Source: Candidatus Altiarchaeota archaeon (GTDB lineage: Archaea; Altiarchaeota; Altiarchaeia; IMC4; SCGC-AAA252-I15). Taken from it: a DNA stretch of 23,422 nucleotides. Under the pieces are notes generated by a model. The model was given only the letters and a program-made list of their open reading frames with translations. It ran no database searches and was not told where the DNA came from. How positions within the stretch are numbered: position 1 is the stretch's first letter; each line of letters begins with the position of its first letter. The stretch is taken from assembly GCA_043813075.1 (NCBI GenBank), contig JBDRLL010000024.1, positions 1 to 23,422 on the forward strand. The letters run 5' to 3'. Both the position numbers and the translations under genes were made by a program. Shown one piece after another: positions 7,739 to 16,885 of the stretch.

Positions 7739-9106
7739 TTACCCTATGAAGTTTATGTAGCCAATGTTCCTGAGTTTTTCCAGCACGTCCTCGTCGTATT
7801 CCTTGTTGTAGCCTATCCCCCTCTCGTATTCCTCCTTAAGCTTGTTGAATACGTCCGGCTCTTTATCAATCAAGTCCTCCTCCATCCTAGGGTCTTTAGC
7901 CACGTTGTGTAGGGAGCTTTTAGCCTTGTTTTTCCCTATCACCGCGAAGTAGTCGCCTTTTTTTATGGTCTTGCCCTCATAGTATCCCGCGTACTGGATC
8001 CTATCATGCTTCTTCTCTTTCAGCAGGCTCTCCCCCCTAAGATTCAAGTCCACATACACACCGGTTAACTCCATTATCGTCGGCATTATGTCCACGTTCA
8101 TGACAGGATAGTCGAGCACCTTATGCTCTTCGGAAGGGAGTCGCAGTATCAGCGGGGTGTGCAGGCTCTGATAGTCCAACTCATTATGCCCGAACTTGTT
8201 TCTCTCCCCCAGCGTCTGGCCGTGGTCTGTCGAGACTATCAGGATGCTTTTGTCGAGCAGTCCTTTACCCTCAAGATGCCCGACCAGCCTCCCGAACTCC
8301 GCGTCACCATAGTGCACGTTGCTGTCGTATAACGCTATCAACTGCTCTACCATGGATTCAGTCAGGTTCCTCCTGTCATAGTTGAAGTAGTTGTACGTCT
8401 CCACTTTCTCCTCCATAACTCCGGAATAATAATCTAACGCTTTCTGGCCTGACTGACTGTCATTCAAGTCTCTTACCCGTATCCCATAGTCTGTGACGTT
8501 AAAAGAAAAACTAATGGGATACTCCCCCTGCTTGTCATAGAATCCCCTGAACAGGGACTCGTTTTTAACGAATGGGGGGTGGGGTTCCATATAATGCACC
8601 CACAGGAAGAACGGGCCACCATCATGTCCCTCAAGAATACTAATGGCCTTGTCACTGATTTCCGCAGCAGTAGTGTCCTTGCACGTATCATAGATGTCGA
8701 ATCCATTCACTTTCGTGCTGCTCCTCCCCGCGTATTCATTAGCCACTAGCGCGTAGGTGGAGTATCCACTGGCCTTCAGCACCTCAGCAATAGACGTTGA
8801 CTCGAGGTTGTCGACCTGCGGGTATTTTGAGGTCAGGAAGGATGGTGTTGAGGTTATGGTGGACGCTGACTGCGAGAAGGAATTCGTGAACACGAGTGAT
8901 TTCAAGCACAAAGAGTCTATGTTAGGCGAAGTACCCTTCTGATAACCATAACACCCGAGGTGGTCTGGCCTCAACGCGTCAAAAGTGATTAGGATGACGT
9001 TAGCCTTAGGGTACACATTCACGGGTTCCAAAACCGCCTCCTCTCTCGGAGTCACACACCCCCCAGAAAACAGGACTAAAGCCAAGATGAATGCGCAGGC
9101 CTTCAT
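7739..9106 (-). CDS. Secreted sulfatase-like hydrolase/transferase (alkaline phosphatase superfamily)
   Basis: Signal/lipobox; NVILITFDALRPDHLGCYGY, TSPNID, STITSTPSFLTSKYP, PFFLWVHYMEPH.P, STDHGQ, GH, C-terminal LRNIGYI. Confidence 0.9.
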   Translation of the reverse strand: MKACAFILALVLFSGGCVTPREEAVLEPVNVYPKANVILITFDALRPDHLGCYGYQKGTSPNIDSLCLKSLVFTNSFSQSASTITSTPSFLTSKYPQVDNLESTSIAEVLKASGYSTYALVANEYAGRSSTKVNGFDIYDTCKDTTAAEISDKAISILEGHDGGPFFLWVHYMEPHPPFVKNESLFRGFYDKQGEYPISFSFNVTDYGIRVRDLNDSQSGQKALDYYSGVMEEKVETYNYFNYDRRNLTESMVEQLIALYDSNVHYGDAEFGRLVGHLEGKGLLDKSILIVSTDHGQTLGERNKFGHNELDYQSLHTPLILRLPSEEHKVLDYPVMNVDIMPTIMELTGVYVDLNLRGESLLKEKKHDRIQYAGYYEGKTIKKGDYFAVIGKNKAKSSLHNVAKDPRMEEDLIDKEPDVFNKLKEEYERGIGYNKEYDEDVLEKLRNIGYINFIG

Positions 9107-9157
9107 AGGAAAGATTATTCCCTCTGAATGTTATTTAACACAAGCTATTCGCATACT

Positions 9158-9538
9158 CTACTCTTTCTCCTTGAATTCCAGTGCGATAGAGTTTATGCAG
9201 TACCTTTTGCCCGTCGGCTTGGGGCCGTCGTCGAACACGTGGCCTAGGTGTCCCCCGCACTTGCTGCACAATACTTCAGCGCGTTCCATGCCGTGGCTGT
9301 AATCCGTCTCAGTATTAACGGATTCGGTCGAGGCGGTGTCAGTGAAGCTGGGCCATCCTGTCCCAGAATCGTATTTGTCTTCAGAAGTGAAGAGCGCATG
9401 CCCGCAGGCTTTACAGGCGTAGACCCCCCTCCTCTTGTTTTCAACATATTCCCCCGTGAAAGCGGGTTCAGTCCCCTTCTCCCTCAGCACATGGTATTCA
9501 TCGGGGCCTAGTCTCTTCTTCCACAAGTCATTCTTCAC
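9158..9538 (-). CDS. msrB: Peptide-methionine (R)-S-oxide reductase
   Basis: [53 protein letters not shown]. Confidence 0.97.
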   Translation of the reverse strand: MKNDLWKKRLGPDEYHVLREKGTEPAFTGEYVENKRRGVYACKACGHALFTSEDKYDSGTGWPSFTDTASTESVNTETDYSHGMERAEVLCSKCGGHLGHVFDDGPKPTGKRYCINSIALEFKEKE

Positions 9539-10734
9539 GTTAGCTCACCTTCCGGGCATCTTCCTTCAGTCCAGAATTCCACTCTCTTGTCAGTGCACGC
9601 GACGCACTCGTTCGAGTAGGTTTCAGCGCACGGGTGTCCACTACACTCGACTTTCTCGGTGTCCAACCACCCGCACACCGGCTTGTACAGCATTATGCAC
9701 CCCACCATCTCCCTGTCCTCTTTCTTGCAGTAATTCTTCTCAGTCTCCCCGCCTTTCCTCCAGCACCCGCAGCCCAGTTCATCCTGGAACTGCTCTTCGC
9801 CACTATCACACCCCAAATCCATTGTACTGCACTTTTCAGGGTCCTGGCTGACATACCTCTTAACAGCCCTAATATCCTTTGGAGTGCAGCATAATGCGGG
9901 TAACGCAAAACCCGCTACCCTACCGGCGTTAACCTCGTTTTCACCGCACTTTCCGTCGTCAGCGAGTTTCACCACGACACCCCCTGATGCATTACACTCA
10001 TCTGGCGTTAGGGTTTTTCCAGTGACTATCCAGTCATCCAGGCTAACGTCAACCCTACTGTCGTCAACACTGAAATGCACTAGGAAGCAGCCCCTGCATT
10101 TCCCGACGTCAACGCCGATAACAGTCAGCCCTGTCTCGAAGCCAACGTACTCGACCGCCTTCCCAGCAGCCTTCCGCTGGTTATCGTTCAGCTCCCACGT
10201 CCTGGTGCACGCGCCCACATCCTCGCTCCAACTGTATCCTGCAGGACCAAGACAACCGTGTTCGTCTTTCTGCCCGCCCACTATCGTGTCGTCCTTCACA
10301 GGTTCTTCGACAACCTCGACATACGTATTGCCTTCAGAATCCCGGCATTGTCTAGGATAGCTTTCCATCACCGGATACCCTTCATCAAGGCATTCCTGGA
10401 AGTTGGACACCGTCTTGCGAGGGTTCCTGCAGTAATACTGGCATTTTCCAGTATCCACATTGTACCTCCATCTTCCAACACATTTATCGTGTGGAGTGTC
10501 CTTATTCTCCCGCACGCAGCAGTCGTCCCTATTCTTGGGGTTCACCGTACCGCAGCTGCCGCCCACGATAGGATTGTCCTGGCTTGCGTTGCCCTTAAAA
10601 ATGCTTATCTCCTCACGCAGTCCAGATAAGGGTACTATCCTACCCATCTCCACTAAAACCAACACTATGAACAACAATACCACTAGTATAACACCCATCC
10701 CCGTCAAAACCTTTCTACCTGCCATATCAACCAT
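9535..10734 (-). CDS. Membrane-anchored modular Cys-rich surface protein with C-terminal Kazal-like domain
   Basis: N-terminal TM; modules NFQEC...[29 protein letters not shown].....C.R.WE, RYVS.DPE.C....C and [10 protein letters not shown]...TYSNEC.AC. Confidence 0.7.
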   Translation of the reverse strand: MVDMAGRKVLTGMGVILVVLLFIVLVLVEMGRIVPLSGLREEISIFKGNASQDNPIVGGSCGTVNPKNRDDCCVRENKDTPHDKCVGRWRYNVDTGKCQYYCRNPRKTVSNFQECLDEGYPVMESYPRQCRDSEGNTYVEVVEEPVKDDTIVGGQKDEHGCLGPAGYSWSEDVGACTRTWELNDNQRKAAGKAVEYVGFETGLTVIGVDVGKCRGCFLVHFSVDDSRVDVSLDDWIVTGKTLTPDECNASGGVVVKLADDGKCGENEVNAGRVAGFALPALCCTPKDIRAVKRYVSQDPEKCSTMDLGCDSGEEQFQDELGCGCWRKGGETEKNYCKKEDREMVGCIMLYKPVCGWLDTEKVECSGHPCAETYSNECVACTDKRVEFWTEGRCPEGELT

Positions 10735-10805
10735 CTATTAGTGATTAAAGGATTCTTATAAAAAGAAATATTGTTTTTCTTCGGTTTAAACCGAATAATA
10801 CCAGT

Positions 10806-10820
10806 GAAAAGCTTTTTAAG
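10806..10820 (+). promoter_or_regulatory. BRE/TATA promoter of L14e-cbf5
   Basis: GAAAAG-CTTTTTAAG about 27 nt before the ATG (leaderless spacing). A divergent TTTTATAA on the minus strand at 10763-10756 likely serves the upstream gene. Confidence 0.6.
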
Positions 10821-10847
10821 CTATGTTACCCATATTTTGTCCACAAG

Positions 10848-11084
10848 ATGGCTATACTCGATGTTGGAAGGGTCTGCAGGATAACTCGTGGTAGACACAC
10901 CCTAGACTACTGTGTAGTGCTTGAGAAAGCCGGTAAAAGCAGTGTGGTAGTCGAGGGATTCGAGACAAAAAGGGGCAAGGTGAATGTAAGTCACGTCGAG
11001 CCGACACCCACCATAGTGGACGTCAAAAAATCATCCAGCAGGGAAGACGTCCTAAAGGCTCTGAACAAGGCAGGCCTAAACTGA
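10848..11084 (+). CDS. rpl14e: 50S ribosomal protein L14e
   Basis: DVGRVC.IT.GR...YCVVL, KR..VN..HVEPT; conserved position upstream of cbf5. Confidence 0.9.
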   Translation: MAILDVGRVCRITRGRHTLDYCVVLEKAGKSSVVVEGFETKRGKVNVSHVEPTPTIVDVKKSSSREDVLKALNKAGLN

Positions 11085-11107
11085 ATCCTCCGTCTGGAAG
11101 TTGGAAT

Positions 11108-12094
11108 ATGTCAAGCAAAGACTCCAAGAAGATACTGGTTAAAAGCGAGGAAGAATCCAATCCTGAATACGGCCGCATCCCTGAGGAAAGGCCCATAGAA
11201 GAGTACATCCGTAAGGGCATAGCAAACATAGACAAGCCTTCAGGCCCCACGTCGCACCAGGTTTCAGCATGGGTTAAAGACATATTCGGGTTCAAGCGGT
11301 CAGGCCACTCTGGAACACTCGACCCGAAGGTTACGGGAGTGCTTCCCGTAGCCCTAGAGGATTCCACAAGAGTCCTACAGGCTCTACTGTTGTCCAGCAA
11401 GGAGTATGTCTGCCTCATGAAGCTACACTCCGACGTTAACTCCAGCGAACTCAAGAAGATGCTCAGCTACTTCCAGGGCGAGCTATACCAGAAGCCGCCA
11501 CTAAAATCCTCTGTGAAGCGCGAACTAAGGAAGAGGACGGTATACTCCATCAAACTACTGGAGAGGGAAGAAGTTAACGTCTTGTTCAGCGTAGAATGCG
11601 AGGCAGGCACATACATACGGAAACTCTGCCACGACATAGGCCTCATGCTCGGCGTGGGAGCCCACATGCAGGAGCTCCGGAGGACGAAGGCAGGGCCGTT
11701 CACTGAAGACACTATCGTAACCCTCCACGACCTGCGTGACGCTTACCAATACTATGTTGAGGATGGCAGCGAGGATAAGCTCCGTCAGGTCGTGCAGCCC
11801 ATGGAGGCTGGCGTACGGCACTTAAAGAGGATATGGGTTAAGGACTCTGCGGTTGACGCGGTATGCCATGGAGCATCCCTTAATTCACCGGGAGTCTCCA
11901 AACTGGAGGAGGACATATCCCCTGGAGAAGTGGTTGCGTTGATGACCCTGAAGCAGGAGCTGATAGCGCTCGCCAAGGCCAAGAAGACTAGCCTAGACAT
12001 TATGGAATCGCCCAAGGGTGAGGTGGCGGCGCCAGGCACCGTCGTAATGAAGACAGACATATACCCCCGCCAATGGCACAGCAAGAACATATGA
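11108..12094 (+). CDS. cbf5: H/ACA RNA-guided pseudouridine synthase Cbf5 (TruB family with PUA domain)
   Basis: IDKPSGPTSHQV, GHSGTLDPKVTG, KEYVCLM, QKPPLKSSVKR, CEAGTYIRKLCHDIG, MQELRR, KDSAVDAVCHGA. Confidence 0.97.
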   Translation: MSSKDSKKILVKSEEESNPEYGRIPEERPIEEYIRKGIANIDKPSGPTSHQVSAWVKDIFGFKRSGHSGTLDPKVTGVLPVALEDSTRVLQALLLSSKEYVCLMKLHSDVNSSELKKMLSYFQGELYQKPPLKSSVKRELRKRTVYSIKLLEREEVNVLFSVECEAGTYIRKLCHDIGLMLGVGAHMQELRRTKAGPFTEDTIVTLHDLRDAYQYYVEDGSEDKLRQVVQPMEAGVRHLKRIWVKDSAVDAVCHGASLNSPGVSKLEEDISPGEVVALMTLKQELIALAKAKKTSLDIMESPKGEVAAPGTVVMKTDIYPRQWHSKNI

Positions 12095-12143
12095 AATATA
12101 TACCATAAAAACACTAGAATATTACCCTAGTAGATTATGTGAT

Positions 12144-12227
12144 GCTGAGGTGGCGGAGCCTGGTAACGCGCAGGACTGCTAATCCTGTTCCCGAAAGGGA
12201 TCTTGGGTTCAAATCCCAACCTCAGCG
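12144..12227 (+). tRNA. tRNA-Ser (GCT)
   Basis: GCTGAGG/CCTCAGC acceptor, CAGGA-CTGCTAA-TCCTG anticodon arm, long variable arm TCCC-GAAA-GGGA, G73. Confidence 0.96.
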
Positions 12228-12228
12228 A

Positions 12229-12279
12229 ACCCTTTTCTTTCTTGTAAGAAAGAAAAGCGTTCACGGAAAAGAAAGAACA
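12229..12279 (+). repeat. Palindromic module Y in the Ser/Ala spacer
   Basis: CTTTTCTTTCT-tgta-AGAAAGAAAAG followed by CGTTCACGGAAAAGAAAGAACA; related copy on the minus strand at 19509-19552. Confidence 0.7.
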
Positions 12280-12283
12280 AAAA

Positions 12284-12391
12284 GGGCTCGTAGATCAGAC
12301 TGGTAGATCGTCCGCTTGGCATCGGATGCGGGAAAAACATCCGCGTCCGACAGAATGCGGGAGGCCTCGGGTTCGAATCCCGACGAGTCCA
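12284..12391 (+). tRNA. tRNA-Ala (GGC) with 34-nt intron at 37/38 (12322-12355)
   Basis: GGGCTCG/CGAGTCC acceptor with G3.U70; TCCGC-TTGGCA|T-GCGGG; intron hairpin CGGATGCGG/CCGCGTCCG in a BHB arrangement. Confidence 0.92.
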
Positions 12392-12413
12392 CTTTGTATA
12401 ACGTCAAAGCGGG

Positions 12414-13568
12414 CTATGCTCTTCTCACCGCTATTATCTGCCCGACGTAGTCTTTTTCAGGCAGGTCTTTTAGGGGCATGAATTCCCCTTCAGGCACCTG
12501 GCTTATCTGAACTGGCTTACCCTTGTCGTTGCGGTATCTGAGCTGAGACCTCACTCTTATATCAAAACCAGATTCCTCAGCCTTCTTGAGTTCAGCCCTT
12601 AGTTTCTTGTCCATCAGGTCTTGCATGTCCCCGGTTTCTAATTGTTTTGGCGGGTCTCCGCCATAAAGGTATCTCAGGTATGTCTCCCTCTCCGGCATCT
12701 TGTCCGCCAGAAGGCAGAAGCTCCCCAAACCCACATAGTCTTCTATCCCAATGTATGCTGCATGCCTCGTTAGGTTCAGCATGTTCCTGACCGCAACGTT
12801 CGGCAGCGGCGAATGCCTCAGCGAATGCTCTGAAATGATGATGTCAACGCCCTGCCTTAATTGTGCTGGAGCGACTTCAGCCCCCATCAGGTGGACTCCA
12901 TCGACTTCACGGTATACGCGGTACCCCAGGTCAGTCATATGAGCTGAGACACTGTCGCCGAGAATATCCTTCATACCCCTGATGACCCTCCCATGCCCGC
13001 CTCCGATATCCCAGAGGCTGACCGGGCGGACACCGTCATATAATCCACCAACCCTACGGCAGACCTCGTCATGCATCCAGTACCTCTCGTTCTCACCGAC
13101 GCTGACATAATCCTCAGTATCCCACGCGTACTTGCTCCTATGCCTGTCAAAGGCTTCAATGTCTGTGACAGCCCTCTCAGCCTCTTCAGGACCTTCCTTC
13201 CCATCAACCCATCTCGCGAATTTAAGCAGGCTCTCACCGTTGCCAAGCAATTGTATCCTCGTGTTGGCTCTCACAACATCCTCCTCATGCGGGGATAATG
13301 GCGTCGCCTTTTCACCAGCCATCATCGACGATACGTCCGCGTCAACTTCGGGCGTGATCGGCTTGTCCCAGCTTCTCCTCCCGTGAATGCAGTCTAGGAT
13401 AGCCTTTCTTACCCTGGATTGGGTTTGCTTCTGGTCGGGTGGGTTATGATGTATCCCCACCTTCTCGTGAATCCTGCCTTCAGGAGGCTTCACAGCGTCC
13501 CCGCCGCCAGACTCGCTTATCATGATAGATACTCTAGGAACACCAGGCTTATATGCTGGGTCTACCAT
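12414..13568 (-). CDS. Hypothetical protein with class I SAM-dependent methyltransferase-like domain
   Basis: SLWDIGGGHGR motif I, AHMTDL, VDIIISEHSLRH; long unassigned N-terminus; start uncertain. Confidence 0.6.
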   Translation of the reverse strand: MVDPAYKPGVPRVSIMISESGGGDAVKPPEGRIHEKVGIHHNPPDQKQTQSRVRKAILDCIHGRRSWDKPITPEVDADVSSMMAGEKATPLSPHEEDVVRANTRIQLLGNGESLLKFARWVDGKEGPEEAERAVTDIEAFDRHRSKYAWDTEDYVSVGENERYWMHDEVCRRVGGLYDGVRPVSLWDIGGGHGRVIRGMKDILGDSVSAHMTDLGYRVYREVDGVHLMGAEVAPAQLRQGVDIIISEHSLRHSPLPNVAVRNMLNLTRHAAYIGIEDYVGLGSFCLLADKMPERETYLRYLYGGDPPKQLETGDMQDLMDKKLRAELKKAEESGFDIRVRSQLRYRNDKGKPVQISQVPEGEFMPLKDLPEKDYVGQIIAVRRA

Positions 13569-14496
13569 GCCCTATGACCCTCGGGGTTTTCTGGCCTGGT
13601 TCGAGAAAAACAATCCTCTCTTGTGTTAACGGCATCTTCTTCTCCAAGGCAAGCCTCACCCTCCCAGACCCCCCTGGCTTGACGCAACCCTCAGTAACCC
13701 TTGCTGGAACGTAATTGAGGTAGGAATTAGCCATAAAAACGTCTCCCACACAAATATCTCGCGAATAGTACTTGGACAATGTGAAGTCCACTAGAATCTC
13801 CTCAACGCACTCGACAGAATCCTCTAGTGCGAGCACGCTACCCCTCTCCACATCCTCCGGACCCACATCCTTCAGCGCCAGGCCTATCCTCAAGCCGGAA
13901 GCCGCCTCGCTAACGTCTGTGTCGTGCACTTGCATTGACTTAACGTACGCCACCCCGCCCAAAGGGTATATGCTGAGCTCATCATACTTCCTTACAGTGC
14001 CCTGTTTGACGACACCCAACGCTACTGTCCCAACACCCTTGACTGTGAATGAATGGTCCACCTGGACTATGACGTCACCCTGCCTATCAGTCCTGTTCGA
14101 CGCCACCCACTCCCGAAGGCCGACAACATGCCCCTCCAGTAGGGGGTATGATGAGATGCTGGTGTCCTTGATGAATTCGCTGACCGCGTCAGAGTCCACA
14201 CCCTCCCCAATAACAAGCCCTCCAGCAGCCGTGCCGTAGGCATCCAATGCCACTACTGTTTCGGCAAAATACCTGTCCAGCTGCGATACGTTGAAGATAA
14301 CCTGCTCGCCTATGTTCAGACTTGATGTTAATGGCTGTATCTTCTCCGGATACGATGAGGGCTCCACAAATGACAGTACAGTATCCCCCACCTTGTTGTT
14401 GTATAACGTGATGTCGCTGACAGTACCCTTCCTGCCGAGCGAGGGGGCGAGGCCTCCGCCACCCACCACTGCCGCGATTGTGCCGTTGAAAGACAT
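13549..14496 (-). CDS. Archaeal SelB-like protein (degenerate G domain plus EF-Tu domain II/III)
   Basis: LGRKGTVSDITLYN, YPEKIQPL, VDHSFTVKGVGTVALG, VKSMQVHD, RIGLALK, VERG; no GxxxxGKT P-loop. Confidence 0.85.
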   Translation of the reverse strand: MSFNGTIAAVVGGGGLAPSLGRKGTVSDITLYNNKVGDTVLSFVEPSSYPEKIQPLTSSLNIGEQVIFNVSQLDRYFAETVVALDAYGTAAGGLVIGEGVDSDAVSEFIKDTSISSYPLLEGHVVGLREWVASNRTDRQGDVIVQVDHSFTVKGVGTVALGVVKQGTVRKYDELSIYPLGGVAYVKSMQVHDTDVSEAASGLRIGLALKDVGPEDVERGSVLALEDSVECVEEILVDFTLSKYYSRDICVGDVFMANSYLNYVPARVTEGCVKPGGSGRVRLALEKKMPLTQERIVFLEPGQKTPRVIGHGRPSI

Positions 14497-14533
14497 GTTG
14501 TATTGATGGTGGAATGCTATAATAAATCCCTGC

Positions 14534-14977
14534 TTATTCCCCTATGTCCTCGTTCCAGAGTCCCGGGTTCTCATCTATGAACTTTCTCATCATCTCCACG
14601 CACTCCTCCTCGTTCAGGACTTCGACCTCAACACCCCGGCCCCTAACGTATTCCTCAGGCCCCTTGAAATTCACGTTCTCGCCCACGACTATCCTCGGTA
14701 TCCCGTAAAGCAATACCGCTCCACTGCACATGTCGCAGGGAGAGAGGGTGGAATACAGTACCGACCTTCCGTATACGCTCGCCTTCTGCCTGCCGGCGTT
14801 CTCCAGGCAATCCATCTCAGCATGCTTGATCACACTACCCTCCTGCACCCTCCTGTTATGCCCCCTCCCAATGATCCTCCCGTCAACCACCAAGACGCTG
14901 CCTATGGGTATGCCCCCCTCATCCAGTCCCTTCCGCGCTTCATCGAGCGCTGCCTCCATGTACTCATCCATCATCAC
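14534..14977 (-). CDS. Cytosine/nucleoside deaminase (Fcy1-like)
   Basis: EGGIPIGSVLV, GHNRRVQ, HAE, SPCDMC zinc motif, C-terminal WNEDIGE. Confidence 0.92.
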   Translation of the reverse strand: MMMDEYMEAALDEARKGLDEGGIPIGSVLVVDGRIIGRGHNRRVQEGSVIKHAEMDCLENAGRQKASVYGRSVLYSTLSPCDMCSGAVLLYGIPRIVVGENVNFKGPEEYVRGRGVEVEVLNEEECVEMMRKFIDENPGLWNEDIGE

Positions 14978-16590
14978 GCCTCCTCTACAACTATCGCCCC
15001 CGGGAATGTGAAGGCCAGCTTCAGGTTCTCCGCGAAATCATGCTTGTTGTACGCCTTCTTCTCTATGATCATTATCCTATCCAGGTTCTTAACCACCCAC
15101 CTGGGGGCCCTGTTCTCGATGACCGCTTTCAGGAACATGCCCTCGTAGATGTCGTCACCTGAAGCGCGTTTTATCTCAGTTATCTGCTGGGCGTAGGAGC
15201 CTAAGTCCCTGTGTCCCGGCCTTGGCGTCTGGACTTTCATGCGGGCGAGGAACGGGTCTGTCAGCCCAAACCACTGGACCAGCCTTATGTCGAATTTAAT
15301 GTAGTACTCCAGGCAGTATAGTGAAGTGTCCGTCCAACTGTACCTGAATTCCGGGAATTTTCTCTGGTACTCGATCATCTTTCTGTGCGGCTGCAGGATG
15401 AAGAATGTTTCCTCATACAAGTGTTTCAGCCTCCTGAAGTTGTTAGCGTCATCAACGCTCTTGTATATCACCCCGTTAACGCCGTCCACATACGCTGGGT
15501 GTTTGTCTAATATATGTGACGGGTAATACGTGAAAGATGTTGCCAGTATCAGCACGCCGATCAATGAGACTATCCTCTCATCCAGTTGCGGGAGGAGGTT
15601 TTCACGCGTCTTCTCAAGTATCCCCGAGAACGCGCATGCCGAGAGTATGAACGGGAAGGAAAGCATCCTGAAGTGCATGTAGTCACCCCCTATCTTCACG
15701 ATATACAACATTACCGCTAGTGAGGTCACGAGCATCATAACGCGCGCCCTCAATTCCACGTCAATGTTCCTCCTCGCAAGCAAGACAGTCAGGATAGCGA
15801 ATGCCGCGAAAACAGTCAAGAAGTGATAGGTGCTTAGCGTGTCGAACAAGTACGTCATCCCCTGGGTTGGGTTGTCCTCATTCTTCAGGTAGAATATGTT
15901 CGGGAACAAGTCCGCGTAATACCATATCCTGAACGTAAGCCACATGCCGTTGAAGACAAGTATCATCAACAACAGCCTCACCGGAACCCTCCTCTCACGT
16001 ATCCCACCCCATATGGCGCACAAAACCATTGGCAACGCCAGCTCAGGCCTTATGAGCGGAGACAACGCTATTACCGCCTGCATGAGCGCTGAGGAAGGAT
16101 TTAATATGTATAACGCATACGCTGCCGCCGCAACCTGTACGAGAGGGCTTTCAAGCCCTGACGAGAAATAGCTTAAGACCCCGTAGTTCACGGCAAGATA
16201 TGCGAGAGGAAAATTGACTACACCACCCTCCGGAGACATCCTCCTGTTGACCTTCACTATAATCAACGCGAATCCGATAAAGCAGGCGTAAGCCATCCAC
16301 TCCACAATATACCAATAGCTGACGTGGAAATACCTGAACACCGTCAGCATGACCACCCAGAGCGGGCTCGTGAACCCCTCAACAAACTCCCCGTAATTAT
16401 ACACCAACCCGATCTTCAGGAAAAGCAGGTTGTCCACATACCTGTAGTATATCCCACAGTCATCAAGGAACCAGAGATACCTGTACGTGAGGAACAGCCC
16501 GGCTATGATGTAAACCCATTCAACCGGCTTAGGCTTGATAATGCCCCCGCCATCATCACACACCCTCCGTGACACATCCTCCTTAGTCAT
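14974..16590 (-). CDS. GT-C fold membrane glycosyltransferase, AftB (arabinofuranosyltransferase)-like
   Basis: DD..IYYRYVDN...G.VYN.GE.VEGFTSPLW, SGLESPL, RPE, R.WYY.DLFPN.FY.K, GGDYM.FR, GLTDP.LAR, RPGH. Confidence 0.75.
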   Translation of the reverse strand: MTKEDVSRRVCDDGGGIIKPKPVEWVYIIAGLFLTYRYLWFLDDCGIYYRYVDNLLFLKIGLVYNYGEFVEGFTSPLWVVMLTVFRYFHVSYWYIVEWMAYACFIGFALIIVKVNRRMSPEGGVVNFPLAYLAVNYGVLSYFSSGLESPLVQVAAAAYALYILNPSSALMQAVIALSPLIRPELALPMVLCAIWGGIRERRVPVRLLLMILVFNGMWLTFRIWYYADLFPNIFYLKNEDNPTQGMTYLFDTLSTYHFLTVFAAFAILTVLLARRNIDVELRARVMMLVTSLAVMLYIVKIGGDYMHFRMLSFPFILSACAFSGILEKTRENLLPQLDERIVSLIGVLILATSFTYYPSHILDKHPAYVDGVNGVIYKSVDDANNFRRLKHLYEETFFILQPHRKMIEYQRKFPEFRYSWTDTSLYCLEYYIKFDIRLVQWFGLTDPFLARMKVQTPRPGHRDLGSYAQQITEIKRASGDDIYEGMFLKAVIENRAPRWVVKNLDRIMIIEKKAYNKHDFAENLKLAFTFPGAIVVEEA

Positions 16591-16705
16591 GCCCCACTAG
16601 ACCCGCATAAAATAGTTAATTAAGATGAGATTACTACTCTAATAATCCCCTACAACCAAAACATCATTTATATTAAAAACAAGCGAATTATAATCCTACA
16701 ATCCT

Positions 16706-16827
16706 GGGGCCGTGGGTTAGCTTGGCCATACTTCCAGCTCGGGGCTTCGTTAAGCGGGAGGACCCAATAATCCCTCTAGCAGTGAAACGGAGAGCTGGCG
16801 ACCTGAGTTCGAATCTCAGCGGCCCCA
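16706..16827 (+). tRNA. tRNA-Pro (GGG) with 48-nt intron at 37/38 (16745-16792) and C33
   Basis: GGGGCCG/CGGCCCC acceptor; CCAGC-TCGGGG|A-GCTGG; CGAC variable loop; CTGAG-TTCGAAT-CTCAG T arm; TATA TTTATATT at 16667. Confidence 0.88.
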
Positions 16828-16885
16828 AACCACCTAGACACTCCGGTAACCACAAACTGATTATCAGCCTGCTAAAAGAATAAAG

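Noticed and set aside
12816-12825. CCTCAGCGAA matching the tRNA-Ser 3' end
   Set aside because: Only 10 bp and inside an intact CDS; likely chance
13549-14496. Selenocysteine system (true SelB)
   Set aside because: No GTPase motifs, no tRNA-Sec or SECIS seen, and MsrB has Cys at the catalytic site
14534-14977. Deaminase as the editor of tRNA-Pro C33
   Set aside because: Sequence is Fcy1-like with the C-terminal WxEDIGE lid typical of free-base cytosine deaminases and has no RNA-binding domain; proximity alone is insufficient
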